A stretch of DNA of 63,985 nucleotides, filler included, from Trichomonas gallinae (Eukaryota): assembly GCA_008369845.1 (NCBI GenBank). It is 6 parts of 6 records of this genome, joined end to end, with 100 filler letters (N's around TTAATTAATTAA, not from the genome) between each part and the next. Parts side by side here need not be neighbours in the genome. Positions count along the whole stretch, not along the records: positions 37,102 to 54,693 come from MRSU01000678.1; 5 more parts are not named here. One strand, written 5' to 3'. The translations under genes and the position numbers were made by a program. The notes beneath the pieces are model-generated. The model was given only the letters and a program-made list of their open reading frames with translations. It searched no databases and had not been told where the DNA came from. Below, piece by piece: positions 43,424-54,616 of the stretch. How positions within the stretch are numbered: the first letter of the stretch is position 1; every line of letters begins with the position of its first letter.

Positions 43424-45499
43424 TTAAAGATATTGAGAAATCATGTTCTCGAGTTCTTCTGCCTCGTCAACGGCGACGACAGAGTTTTTGATACCCTTGA
43501 TGTCATTGACGATGTTTAGAATGTACTTCGCGCGGTTCATCAGGTCGAGAGGCGAAAGGGTTCTACTGACATCGTTTCGAACTGGGGCGTCTTTCCTCTC
43601 GTTGTACCACTTCATGTTCTCAGCGATAGCGGCCTTCACCTTCTCCTCATCCTTCTTGCTAAACTCGCCCGCGGCGGATTCCGCGATATCGACTGCCTGG
43701 AGGAAGAAAGATAGGGCTTGGTCGATTATTTCCGAATCCCTGATCCTCCTCTCGACGGGGCCTGTTACTTCGTCCAGGTAATGCATAGCCCTTTCTACGT
43801 CTAATAGAGAAGCGTTGTTGATGTTTGCTTGGGTCCACTGTAGAGTATGTTGACATCTTGATATTAATGAGATTTGGGATGTTTTGTTCGCGTAAGATGC
43901 AAATGTTTCGTTAGTTTTTAGCTTATTCAGGAAGTTTTGAGCTTTGTGTTCGAGATTTGATATCGCGTTTGCGATTGCTCGCTTATCTTGGTCTGACGCC
44001 ACGATGATGTTAAAGATTGACGGATTAAATTTTGTTGTATGCTGATAGAAGAAGTCTACTTGCTCAAAATCTTTGTCTGTAATCAAAACTGGCTCGAATG
44101 GCGAATCTGAGACGTGAATGACGCTAGATTTCAAGGTTTTCTCGAGAGTGTAGTTGAAAGACGTCGTATTTACGTTCTTAGCCTGATTCTTTGCGTAACT
44201 GAAAGTCAAGAATTTCGTTGGCTTTTTAGAGTATTTCACTGACGAAGTCAGCTCGCCTTTGAAGCATGTAGCAACTCTCTCCTTGTTGCCATCGACTGTT
44301 ACTGTGTAAATTTGGTGTTTGTTGTAGATTTCGACGTGTGTTGAAAGTAGCTTCTTTCTCTTTTGCTGGGACATGTAAGACGCTCCCAATACCACTGTTT
44401 CGTCGGCGTTGAGCTGTTTTCTGACGTAGCCGTGCTTTTGGATAAAATCTTGAAGGGCAACGACACGAGTTCCGCCTCCAATTATGTTGATTTCGTCATA
44501 TTTCATTGGTTTTGCTGCTTTGATTATCGATTGTATGCATTTTTCTTGTCTTTTCATGACATTGTCGATTTGTCTGCGAGTGAATTTAACTTTCTTGTCG
44601 CTTCCTGTAATGTTTTCGATGATAACTTCCGCACTCTGCGAAACTGTCAGCATTTTCTTGATTTTCTCTGCTGAATCGAAAATTCTTCTCATTTCGCTTC
44701 TTGTGATGTTGTTATCATACTCGTCGGCAATGACATCTGCTATTTTCGCTGTCACATCAGCGCTGCCGCAGAAATCGTGTGCGTAAGTTAACCTCTCAGC
44801 TCGAATGTGGGCTTTTTTCGTAAGCGAGAAATTGACGGCGTAAGCTTCTGTTTTAACTGCTCCTACATCGATGAACAAGGAAATAAGCGGCTTGTTTTCT
44901 GTTAAGGCAGATAATCTTTCGAAGCCGAAGAAAGTGGCAACAGCGTTGACGTCATCAACGATCTGGACATTAGAGTAGCCTGCGATGTTGAGTGACTTCT
45001 TAATTATTTGGCGCTGTGGAACTGTGAAATAAGCGGGAACTGCAAGCGTAATTGACTCAACTTGCTGGCCGTTCGCGATCTCATTGATATAATACCTGAA
45101 GTATATCGGCAAAATATCAATGTAATCTAAGCAGGCGGCCTTTTTCGAAAGGTAATATTTGCTGGTGAATAAATCTGTGTAGTTTGCTGTCGCATCAACG
45201 AACTGCGGCAAAAATCCGGTGCCCATCCATGGACGACTTTCCAATTGGTTGATTGCTTGATCGCCGATTTGTGGTTCCAGGTTTTCAGCCATCGATTGAT
45301 TGATTTCATTGCAGTAGTCGTAGTCAGGAAGCTTCGGGCCGTAAAAACTAATGAAGCTTGGCGTCAATCTCTTCGAATCTAGGTTCGTTAAAACGAAGGG
45401 AGGCTCGTTGTTGACAAAACCGGCGGCCTTCGTCATGAACGAGCCGAAATCAATCGATATGTGGAGGCTGAGGGTTGAACTCACCAAGAAAAACAACAT
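43424..45499 (-). CDS. Divergent secretory Hsp70-superfamily protein (Grp170/HYOU1-like)
   Basis: Signal peptide MLFFLVSSTLS; IDFGS, KRLTPS, AVPAYFT..QR, IDVGA, AEKIKKML, IIGGGTRV, LNADETVVLGA. Confidence 0.9.
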   Translation of the reverse strand: MLFFLVSSTLSLHISIDFGSFMTKAAGFVNNEPPFVLTNLDSKRLTPSFISFYGPKLPDYDYCNEINQSMAENLEPQIGDQAINQLESRPWMGTGFLPQFVDATANYTDLFTSKYYLSKKAACLDYIDILPIYFRYYINEIANGQQVESITLAVPAYFTVPQRQIIKKSLNIAGYSNVQIVDDVNAVATFFGFERLSALTENKPLISLFIDVGAVKTEAYAVNFSLTKKAHIRAERLTYAHDFCGSADVTAKIADVIADEYDNNITRSEMRRIFDSAEKIKKMLTVSQSAEVIIENITGSDKKVKFTRRQIDNVMKRQEKCIQSIIKAAKPMKYDEINIIGGGTRVVALQDFIQKHGYVRKQLNADETVVLGASYMSQQKRKKLLSTHVEIYNKHQIYTVTVDGNKERVATCFKGELTSSVKYSKKPTKFLTFSYAKNQAKNVNTTSFNYTLEKTLKSSVIHVSDSPFEPVLITDKDFEQVDFFYQHTTKFNPSIFNIIVASDQDKRAIANAISNLEHKAQNFLNKLKTNETFASYANKTSQISLISRCQHTLQWTQANINNASLLDVERAMHYLDEVTGPVERRIRDSEIIDQALSFFLQAVDIAESAAGEFSKKDEEKVKAAIAENMKWYNERKDAPVRNDVSRTLSPLDLMNRAKYILNIVNDIKGIKNSVVAVDEAEELENMISQYL

Positions 45500-45665
45500 T
45501 TTTTTGAAATTCAATTGTTTGGCCGACCAAATAAACTTTTCAAAAAAGAAAATATCTAAATCGCATTTAATAGCATTAAGTAGATATTTTTTTTATAATA
45601 TCAACTTTACATGTCAAAAGAAATGATTATCAATAGTTTACATGTCAAATATTGTTTAAAAAACT
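45500..45665. promoter_or_regulatory. Short divergent promoter region with two TTTACATGTCAAA boxes
   Basis: 166 bp between two head-to-head ATGs; boxes at ~45606 and ~45637. Confidence 0.55.
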
Positions 45666-46937
45666 ATGGACAGCAAAATAAAAGGAGTATCGGAGACTAG
45701 TCTTCTTTCCGATGCTTCAGATGTAAGCAAGATGCCGGAATACGACAAGTTCTTCCCAAGTTTCATGAATATATTGAACACATTGACTGGCGCTGAGGTT
45801 CTTAGCGTTAGTAACTCAATGACACTGATAGGTCTCGTATACTCAATCGTTCTCATGGTTGGTACAACTATTCTCTCGTATTTAGGTACTGTTATCGTTC
45901 TTCATATCAGACATAAAGTTGACGCAGAAAGTATCAACGAGTTAGCAACAAAAATCATCGGAAAATGGGGAGGAAATACTTACTCCGCGCTTACACTTTG
46001 CTTTACTTACTCCTGTCAAGTTGCTTATCTCTTTATCGGTGCTGAATCAGTTATTCACTGGACTGAGCTTGCAGGCTTAAAGGGTTGGAACCATGGCATC
46101 AAAAGATCGGTGCAGGTCATGATTTACGCTGTCTTTCTCCCGGTCGTCCTTACAATTCCGAAAGAACTCAAAGTTTTGAGCATCATTTCGACCGGTGCCA
46201 TCATCTGCCAGATCATGTATGTGTCTGGTATGATTTACGAGGGAATCAGATATTTCCCGAAGCAGGGCTTTGCACCAACAGTTGAGACACACATATTCGG
46301 CATCCAGTTCTTCAACGCCTTCGCCATCTACTCGATGCTCTACGCTTTCCCTTCAGTCGTTTTGCCCCTCGTTAGAAATTACAATCCGAGTATGAGAAAG
46401 AGATACTTCTTGATTGGCGCCTCATTCATGGCCTGCTTCTCAATCACACTCATCCCAGGCACAATCGGCTACCTCTTGTTTGGAAGAGCGACTAACCAAA
46501 TTGTTTACGCTTCTTTCGAGCACACAGACATAATCATGCAGATTGTCCGCATCGGCTTCTTCATTGTCGTCAATGCTTCCTACGCAATTGTCTCAATTAC
46601 TGTTATGCAAGATATCAGTTCAATCATTTTCAAGGTTGAAGACCCAGGATCACTTCCTCTCTCCAAGAGAGTTTCCGCTTTACTCATTTCAAATGTTCCT
46701 CCTGTTTTAATTGCGATGTTTTTGCCAGAAATTCGTCCAGCTTTCGAAGTTGGCGGCGCTTTCGGCGGCTGCCTTTCCAACTTCTTCGTTCCTCCACTGT
46801 TGTTCGTTATTCTCAGCGAAAAGCGCTGGTTCCACCCATTAAATCTTGCAATGCTTGCTTTCTCATTGTTTGGCCTCGTTTCAGCTGCAATTGCAACATA
46901 CCAGGCCGTCATTGACGCCATGCATCCAGATGACTAA
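45666..46937 (+). CDS. Amino acid/auxin permease (AAAP) family transporter
   Basis: SFMNILNTLTGAEVLS, about 11 TM segments, GTIGYLLFG, VGGAFGG..SNFFVPPL. Confidence 0.93.
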   Translation: MDSKIKGVSETSLLSDASDVSKMPEYDKFFPSFMNILNTLTGAEVLSVSNSMTLIGLVYSIVLMVGTTILSYLGTVIVLHIRHKVDAESINELATKIIGKWGGNTYSALTLCFTYSCQVAYLFIGAESVIHWTELAGLKGWNHGIKRSVQVMIYAVFLPVVLTIPKELKVLSIISTGAIICQIMYVSGMIYEGIRYFPKQGFAPTVETHIFGIQFFNAFAIYSMLYAFPSVVLPLVRNYNPSMRKRYFLIGASFMACFSITLIPGTIGYLLFGRATNQIVYASFEHTDIIMQIVRIGFFIVVNASYAIVSITVMQDISSIIFKVEDPGSLPLSKRVSALLISNVPPVLIAMFLPEIRPAFEVGGAFGGCLSNFFVPPLLFVILSEKRWFHPLNLAMLAFSLFGLVSAAIATYQAVIDAMHPDD

Positions 46938-47195
46938 TTTTATTTTTCCATTTTTGTTTTTCCAGCAAAAAACGCTCTACTTTTATCTATAAACGTATTA
47001 TCTATAAACCATTCATATATTTGGACGACATTTGATGGAAAAATTAAATCTGAGAATATTTTTGATTTAACTAAATAATTCGATTCTACTGCCAACAAAG
47101 ATAACAAATTTGCGAAAGAAAAGGCTGGATTTTTATCTGTCGACTGACAAAAAAAAAAAAAAAAAACGATAAAAAAAATTATCAAAAGATTTTAG

Positions 47196-50100
47196 ATGAG
47201 TTTTATAGGGAAGTCGTTGTTTTCACGAATCATTGCTCGCATGTTTGGGCAGTACATAAAGGACAGCGATGAACAAGCGACAGAGGCAAGCATATTGACG
47301 GGCGATTTTAGCAGAAAAGATATCGAATTTAAGGAAAACATCATGCTACAGCATAAACTTCCTCTGAAGATCGTGCAAGGTTCGATAAAAAACATTGACA
47401 TGAAGTTGAATTACAAAAATAAGAACGAGAATTCAAAATTGCTAATCAATGATTTGAAAATCAAGCTTCAATTGATTACAGATGCACAAGAATACCAGAT
47501 TAAGACATTGCTACATCACGTGCTACATTCATTTTCAAATAATGAAATAGGTAATTTATCAAAGTTTATTCAAAAATTGATGAGGAACTTGGAAGTTTCT
47601 TTCAACAATATCCACATACAACTGCAAATCGAAAATTCAAATGAAATACTTGAAATCACAATTCCATCCATAACAATTCAAAAATCATCGGAAAATAACA
47701 ACGTTGATCTTGTCAACAAAGAAATAAAAATTACTGACATATCAGTCGTTTTAGAGACACCAGGCTCAGAGCAGAAAATCATTCTCGATAAATTCTCATT
47801 GTTGGGCAAAATAAATATCGACAAAAACACTCGAAAAGAGACAGTCTTCTTCGATGTGGAGTCTATTGACATATTTATCAGCGAGTTTCAGTGGAGTTTA
47901 TTCAAAAATTTACGAAAAAATTTGAGATTGTTATCGAATAAGATACAGCTTCTGTTTACAGAAGATGCAGAAAACGAATTTCTGTCCTGGTACCACTATT
48001 CTTACAAATACATTTCAAACGACGCAAAAAGATTATTCTTTGAGCCTCAAAAAGCGCTGAAAATACTCAAAAAGAGGAAAGATATTTTGAGCATTATCGA
48101 GAAAAGAGACGAAGAGGCCCTTAAAGTCATATTAAAACAATATAATTTTGTTCAAATTCTTAATTTGCTAAATAAAGTAACAAATCAAAAACGCTTGGAG
48201 CAGGAGTTTAGTGAAGAGGAGGATATTTGCCTGATGCACAGTTTCATAGTTAATTTCAATGTTCAAAATGTCAATTTTATTTTTACACACGAAAACGCAC
48301 CATTAATGCAGGTTTCTCTTAGTAACATTCACAGTGTTTTAGTTCTGGATGAGAATAAAATTGATTACAAGTTCGAAATAGAGAGAAACAAAATTACAAC
48401 ATTCCCTCAAGCGGATGTTACATATTACACGTGCGAAGGAAAAATCACTGGAGCTTACAAAGTCAATACAATGTCACTGGAGTCGAATTTCGAATTCAAT
48501 ATTCCTCAGCCGAAATTTGTTTCAGATTTCACGTTTTTATCCAAATTAAACAGATTCCTCCATCTGTTAGACGCAGAAAAAGCCATTGCAGACAATTCTG
48601 TCATACAAATTTCGATGGATAGCTTGAATTACAAATTTAATTCGCATTTTTCGACACTGAAGCTAGAAAACTTCCATACTTCATTTAATGGAATCAGTCC
48701 AGGAAAACCTTCAACAATTACGCTTGTTAAGAACCAAACAACAAAAATTTTATCGAATTCCGAAGATTTTGATTGGGAATTCAATATCAACAAGGAAACG
48801 TTCTCAGCCATCAGGAAACTTCTTTACCTGCTCCAGAACAACATAACAATAACAAATATCGCAATTAAAGTTAATTCTCTGAAATTGAACCTTGCAGACA
48901 CAGAAGGGCCGAAATACTCGATAATTCTCAACGATATTGACGTGACAAGGCAGTTTTCTTTGAAAGCAACATCTATTAAATTATTTGATATTCAGTCGAA
49001 TGAAACATTATTGGAATCCAAGTATGTCGTCATGATTCCATCAAAATATCTCTACTATCTTTTCCAGTTCAAATTGCCGCTTAAATGCGTCATTAAAGCG
49101 GAGAATGTCAAATTTTTCAAAGATTTCTTAGAAGAGTCATCACAAGTTATACAAGAAGTCAAGTGGAGGATTGAATCCAAAGAAATTAATGCAGATTTTG
49201 TCTTAAATAATCAAAAAATCGGCTCTGTTAAATTACAACCTTCTAGCATTGAAATCACGCACAAAGGAGAGTATACAATCAATGCTTACAAGCCAGAAAT
49301 AACAATTAACAACAATATTGTCTTCTCTTCCAATTTTCCATTTTATTTCCAATATTACAAACATCAAATCGATACTTTCTGCAGAAAATTGTCATTGTTC
49401 ATCCATTGGCCAACCATTGATATAATAAATAATTTCCTAGATACAGCAATCGGAAAAACGAAATCAAATTCTGGTCCAATTTGTTTCAGTTTATTCAAAA
49501 TCAATCTGAATTTCGAGAAATTAGTTCTATCTTTCCTCAACAATACCTCTAAAAACAATATTTTCACCGAGATTTCAAAATTTAGTGTGAAAAGCGAAGG
49601 CGACATGAGCACTATTGTCACGACATTCCAGGACATGGCCATCAAACTCGATGATGCGACATGTATTTTTAACATTCCTACATATTCTAAATTATTCATC
49701 CATTTAGTTTTGTCTTCCAAGCCTCCAAAGAACCACAAACACCCAGAACTCAAGCGTTCATACTTCAATGAAGACGAAGAAATATATTTGCACGCAATAG
49801 AGTCGACTTTAGAGTGTTCTTCTGCTACTTACACATTCACGCAAACTGGCGACAGCGAATTACAGAACTTGCTGGCCCAGTTCTACCAGACATTCGTGAC
49901 GAAACAGAACGGGTACAACATTCACCTCAGACTCTCCCTAAACATCTTAAATGGAAAGACTAAGATTCCTGGCCTGTGCGACATCGAGTTCAAAGACTTG
50001 TTGTACGATAACACAAACGGGTACAGCATCAGCTTCGGCTCTCTGACGATGCTGAGCGACAAAGACTCTGCGCAGAAACTTCCTGACGTACTGCTCGAGT

Positions 50101-53100
50101 TTGTCGAGCCGGGAACGGAGGCCCTCTGCATAGAGATAAACAGGGAGACAGTGAAGGTCAACGTCGTCGGAATGAATGTCTTCTTTGACTTTAACTTCTT
50201 CTCGCAGTTGTCCAGAATCTTCTTTGTTTCTCCATTCGTCAGATTCGGCAGATCGATAATGAGCGACATCATTTATTATGTTATAGAGTTCAAGAACTCG
50301 AAGATAAGGATGCCGATATCGACTAAGTCAGAGCAGACGTATTTGCTGAACATCGGGTCATTTTTGTTCGAGCAAGTCAGTGGAAAGTTTTCGATCGAGC
50401 TGCAGAGGTCCAGCTTTGGCGTTGCCGCGACATACAAAGATGACCCCAAGATGCTAATCACTAACAACTTTTCGCTGTCTTTAATGATGACGCCAGGAAA
50501 AGTCGAGCTGGATTTGCTCAATGCGGATTTCAACCTGACGACGGTCGACATTGCCTCCTTCTTCGTTTTCGCCGATACAGTCCAAAGCTACAAATACATT
50601 TTTAAGATGATTTTCGAGAAGTTCTACAGCATAGATAACATGTGGGTCTCCGACTGGCACGTCCAGATCGACTTGCTCAAGCTGAACCTGTATTTTAGCA
50701 CGCTGATGAACGAATCGCACTACATCCCGTTCGGCAGGCTGTTCTTCACTCAGTGCCAGCTGGACTTCAACTTTAACACGATGGAGAGGTCGGAGATGAA
50801 GTTCACGCTGAGCAACGCGCAAATCTACAACATTTTGACAAACCTGTGGGACACGGCGATCGATCCGTTCTCAATCTTACTAAAAGTGGATCCTTCAGTC
50901 AAAGATTTTGACCTGATTGTGACTGATGTGATAACAACTGCCTTGTCTTTCCCTTCCACTTCTCAGGTTGTGTCTTTCTTCGACGACGTCTTCAACAGGG
51001 TAAAAAGCAAGAATCTGGTGCTGCTTCCCTCAATTCCGTTGGAGGTCGTCAACCACACAGGTGAACCTGTATCGATATCTGTACACAAGAACACGAACTT
51101 TACTCTAAACCCGATGCAGACGAGGTCGGTCAGCGCGACAAACAAGACGGAGATAAGAGTCGCACACAGCGGAAGAGTTACTTCGCTCACAATGTCCCAG
51201 CTGCTCTACCCATTGTACATCAGGAAAAACATTGTCGCCTATAGAGAAACCTCGCTGACGAAGATGCTTGTCGTCATCTCTAACTCGGTGTTGTTTGTCA
51301 ACGAAACGAAGTTGGACTTGGTCGTCGCCAAAAAGCTGCCGAACCACAAGAGAGAGTTGCTGCTGAAATTAAGATATAACGAGCTGACTCCACTGCCGAG
51401 TTCTGTTGCGCCAGAGGACAGGATCACTGTGCTTGACATAGAGAACATAGAGCACGGAAAGAGGCTGCCGAGATTCGAGTGGCCGAAGTTAATCAGACTC
51501 GAGTCGCAGATCGTCAAAGTTCCATACGGAAAAGGCGAGCACGTCCCCATCTACTTCAAAGTCGAGAACATCCAGAGGATCGTCAAGGTCATACACTTGA
51601 AGTACAATCTGGTTATATTCAACGAGCTGCCTGAGAATATAAGCGTTTTGCTGGAGAATTCACCAGAAAAAGTTGAGATTAATTCAGATGATAAGAAAGG
51701 CTTTTGTGCCGAGTTCGCAATAAACTTCAAGGTCAAAGTTTTTCTCAACAGGACACAGAACTACGGCAAGATCCACATAATGAACAAGAGCCAGACAGTG
51801 CCGCTCAACATCGGGCAGTACCAGTTTGCTGCGAGTATCCAATACAGCAAGGACGGAAAGTTTAATGTAACAATTTTCTCACCAGCAATTGTCTATAAGA
51901 TGACAGAGCAGAACTTCAATATAACAGACGCCGGCCACAAAGAGAAGATCAGCTTCGAAAAGATAAATGATAAAGATGGTATCTATTTCTCAGACAAAGA
52001 GTTCTTCCAGAACCACGACAAAAGGTCGATTTTATTGTATCCTTTCTTCGAGGACATCAACAACACTCACAAGTATCCTATCGAGTGCGTCGGCATGGAT
52101 GACAGCCAGTTCTACCTGATGCCTCTAGACGAGTACAAAGTTAACTTCATGCCGATGAAGTACACGCTGCAGACAAAAGGCCACTCAAGGATTATCACTT
52201 TCTACGACGCATTGTATCTCGAAAACAACCTGCCTTTCGACGTTGTGATTTCGCCGCACGAGAGCGACGACCAGGAGCACTCAATAACGATAGAGAGCAT
52301 GGGATCAAAGATATTAAACTTCTCCAGTGTCAACTGGACTTATTTACTGAGGAAGAGCGATTCTCCGATTGCGACAACATTGATTCTGCAGAACCCAACG
52401 ACCACAAACTTTTTATTGCTGCATGACGGCGAGTTTTCGAAGGTTTACTTCGAAGTTACGAAGATGGATAACTCGATGAAGGTTGTTCTAAATATGTCGA
52501 CGCTGCCTCACTCTCCGATTGTCATCATGAACGAGACAAATTACAAGTTGTACGCCTACCAAGAAGGCCATGAGGCACTGCAGACATTTAAGCCGGGATC
52601 TACATCAGTCTTCGCCTACAACTCTCCCTTTGGCGTCTCGAATATTACTGTTTCTCTCTACGAAGACCGCGTGACACTGCCGATGTCGGCTGTCAACGAT
52701 ATTACGCAGTTCCACAACGTCTTCATTGAACAAATTATGGCACCGAATGGTTCCAGAATCATTAAAATATCGAAGAACTTGGACACAGAGCATTCGAAGC
52801 CATTCTCTTTCTCATTGATAATAGAATCGTTGAGCTACTCAATCATCGACGACAGATTCAGAGAGATGGCTTTGCTGAATCTGCGTGGAATCAATTTAGG
52901 ACTTGTCAGAAGAGAAGAGGAGACAGATTTTATCATAAGAGTCAAGGCATTGGAGCTGGACGACATGCATCCCGCTGCCTTGTTCGAAGTGGCGCTGATT
53001 GGCCACGGCCAAGAAGAGTTCTTCAACGCCAAATTTGTTTTGAAGAACAACACGAAGAGGTTCACCTCTTTCAAGTCCATCTCTGTGAAGACAGGAGTCT

Positions 53101-54296
53101 TGGAGATCTATTGCGATGTGGCCTTCCTGTCTGACTTCGTCCAAGTCATCAGAAAACTCCTGATAAAGCCACTGAAGCTAACGAAAACGAAGAAATCGTT
53201 GATTACATGCGAATCATTTGAGCTGATGCCAATGATTATTGACTTCAACTTGGAGCCACAGACAGCACGTCCAATGGAGAGACCTCCGATTGACATGCTG
53301 AAGACAGCAATTCCTGTCCCAACATCAGCAAGGATACAGATCGATGGAATAATGCTCGAGAATCTTGTTTCTACGTCCGACTTCATTATACAGAACATTC
53401 TGATGCAGATGTTTTCGTCATTCAAACTCAGACTGATCAAAGTTTTGTTCAGCGTTGATGTTTTGTTTAATATCGGAGGAATATCAGCAAACATCGCACG
53501 CCAAAAAGAGACTGACCAGTCAACATCGAAGATTGTTGGATCCACAGCGCTGAGGATTGGGGAGTCAATAACATCAGCGGCAGGAAAATTAGCCCACTGT
53601 TCTACAGCGCAGAGCACTGTTCAAGGCAGCTCCGGCCAAAACAGAATCGGCGTGAATCAGACAGCAGGCGAAACAGTTGCTTCAGGCTTCAAGTCTTTTG
53701 GCGCGTCATTAATTGATGGCCCTGCTGGTCTTATCATGGACCCAGTCAGAGGAGCGAAGAAGGACGGATTCGGAGGTTTCGTAAAAGGAGTCGGAACAGG
53801 CATCACCGGACTGATAATGCACCCAATATCAGGCGTCATTGACGTTACAACATCGCTTATCATGGCGGGAAGAAAGGCAGTCGAAAGCAACTCCGATGTC
53901 CACAAAAGAGTGAGGTGCGAGAGAGCCTTAATATTCAGGAGGGTCTCGCCGTATAATGAACAGGTGTCTTTGATGCAGAACTTGATCAGTAAGTCCGATA
54001 TTTCGAATGGAAGTCTTACTGAGCAGATTGAAGTGTTGATTGCAACCGATCCTTTGATCGTCTGCACGGAAAAGAGAATATATGAGTCTAAGATATCCTC
54101 AAAAGGAAAGCTTAAGATCGCGAACTCAATGAAGATCTCATCCTTCGTCAACTGCGCGTCAATCGACAGCGAATTGAGACTCGACACTGTTGACAAGAAG
54201 ACGTTTAAATACCAATGCGACAGTGAATACAGCGCGACACAATGCGTAGCTTACTTAAGGTCTGTGATTGATCCAACACACGCAGACTGGATTTGA
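47196..54296 (+). CDS. VPS13: VPS13-family bridge-like lipid transfer protein
   Basis: 2366 aa; chorein-like N-terminus (FGQYIK...LTGD....I.FKE...LPLKIVQGSI); C-terminal GLIMDPVRGAKKDGFGGFVKGVGTGITGLIMHPISGVID..., RVR..R and PH-like end. Confidence 0.92.
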   Translation: MSFIGKSLFSRIIARMFGQYIKDSDEQATEASILTGDFSRKDIEFKENIMLQHKLPLKIVQGSIKNIDMKLNYKNKNENSKLLINDLKIKLQLITDAQEYQIKTLLHHVLHSFSNNEIGNLSKFIQKLMRNLEVSFNNIHIQLQIENSNEILEITIPSITIQKSSENNNVDLVNKEIKITDISVVLETPGSEQKIILDKFSLLGKINIDKNTRKETVFFDVESIDIFISEFQWSLFKNLRKNLRLLSNKIQLLFTEDAENEFLSWYHYSYKYISNDAKRLFFEPQKALKILKKRKDILSIIEKRDEEALKVILKQYNFVQILNLLNKVTNQKRLEQEFSEEEDICLMHSFIVNFNVQNVNFIFTHENAPLMQVSLSNIHSVLVLDENKIDYKFEIERNKITTFPQADVTYYTCEGKITGAYKVNTMSLESNFEFNIPQPKFVSDFTFLSKLNRFLHLLDAEKAIADNSVIQISMDSLNYKFNSHFSTLKLENFHTSFNGISPGKPSTITLVKNQTTKILSNSEDFDWEFNINKETFSAIRKLLYLLQNNITITNIAIKVNSLKLNLADTEGPKYSIILNDIDVTRQFSLKATSIKLFDIQSNETLLESKYVVMIPSKYLYYLFQFKLPLKCVIKAENVKFFKDFLEESSQVIQEVKWRIESKEINADFVLNNQKIGSVKLQPSSIEITHKGEYTINAYKPEITINNNIVFSSNFPFYFQYYKHQIDTFCRKLSLFIHWPTIDIINNFLDTAIGKTKSNSGPICFSLFKINLNFEKLVLSFLNNTSKNNIFTEISKFSVKSEGDMSTIVTTFQDMAIKLDDATCIFNIPTYSKLFIHLVLSSKPPKNHKHPELKRSYFNEDEEIYLHAIESTLECSSATYTFTQTGDSELQNLLAQFYQTFVTKQNGYNIHLRLSLNILNGKTKIPGLCDIEFKDLLYDNTNGYSISFGSLTMLSDKDSAQKLPDVLLEFVEPGTEALCIEINRETVKVNVVGMNVFFDFNFFSQLSRIFFVSPFVRFGRSIMSDIIYYVIEFKNSKIRMPISTKSEQTYLLNIGSFLFEQVSGKFSIELQRSSFGVAATYKDDPKMLITNNFSLSLMMTPGKVELDLLNADFNLTTVDIASFFVFADTVQSYKYIFKMIFEKFYSIDNMWVSDWHVQIDLLKLNLYFSTLMNESHYIPFGRLFFTQCQLDFNFNTMERSEMKFTLSNAQIYNILTNLWDTAIDPFSILLKVDPSVKDFDLIVTDVITTALSFPSTSQVVSFFDDVFNRVKSKNLVLLPSIPLEVVNHTGEPVSISVHKNTNFTLNPMQTRSVSATNKTEIRVAHSGRVTSLTMSQLLYPLYIRKNIVAYRETSLTKMLVVISNSVLFVNETKLDLVVAKKLPNHKRELLLKLRYNELTPLPSSVAPEDRITVLDIENIEHGKRLPRFEWPKLIRLESQIVKVPYGKGEHVPIYFKVENIQRIVKVIHLKYNLVIFNELPENISVLLENSPEKVEINSDDKKGFCAEFAINFKVKVFLNRTQNYGKIHIMNKSQTVPLNIGQYQFAASIQYSKDGKFNVTIFSPAIVYKMTEQNFNITDAGHKEKISFEKINDKDGIYFSDKEFFQNHDKRSILLYPFFEDINNTHKYPIECVGMDDSQFYLMPLDEYKVNFMPMKYTLQTKGHSRIITFYDALYLENNLPFDVVISPHESDDQEHSITIESMGSKILNFSSVNWTYLLRKSDSPIATTLILQNPTTTNFLLLHDGEFSKVYFEVTKMDNSMKVVLNMSTLPHSPIVIMNETNYKLYAYQEGHEALQTFKPGSTSVFAYNSPFGVSNITVSLYEDRVTLPMSAVNDITQFHNVFIEQIMAPNGSRIIKISKNLDTEHSKPFSFSLIIESLSYSIIDDRFREMALLNLRGINLGLVRREEETDFIIRVKALELDDMHPAALFEVALIGHGQEEFFNAKFVLKNNTKRFTSFKSISVKTGVLEIYCDVAFLSDFVQVIRKLLIKPLKLTKTKKSLITCESFELMPMIIDFNLEPQTARPMERPPIDMLKTAIPVPTSARIQIDGIMLENLVSTSDFIIQNILMQMFSSFKLRLIKVLFSVDVLFNIGGISANIARQKETDQSTSKIVGSTALRIGESITSAAGKLAHCSTAQSTVQGSSGQNRIGVNQTAGETVASGFKSFGASLIDGPAGLIMDPVRGAKKDGFGGFVKGVGTGITGLIMHPISGVIDVTTSLIMAGRKAVESNSDVHKRVRCERALIFRRVSPYNEQVSLMQNLISKSDISNGSLTEQIEVLIATDPLIVCTEKRIYESKISSKGKLKIANSMKISSFVNCASIDSELRLDTVDKKTFKYQCDSEYSATQCVAYLRSVIDPTHADWI

Positions 54297-54616
54297 AAGA
54301 TTGTTTCAATTTTGTATGTATTTTTAAAATTTGTTTTTTAATTTCTATTTAATATCGGTTTTTAAATAATGTATGAATACCTATAAATTTGTCAATAGAA
54401 TTATGTTATAATATGATGTTTTTTTTTTTTAAGATATAATATTATCAAGTCTATGAATAAATAGGATAGAATGAATAGAGGTGATGATATATGTGAGTGT
54501 AAAGGATTCTATAAATAGATCAATACTATCAAAACATGATGAAATCCTAGGAATTAAAATCTGCCATATCATTATGGTAAGTGGCGGAAGAAAATATCTT
54601 CAGGTGGGGAACAATT

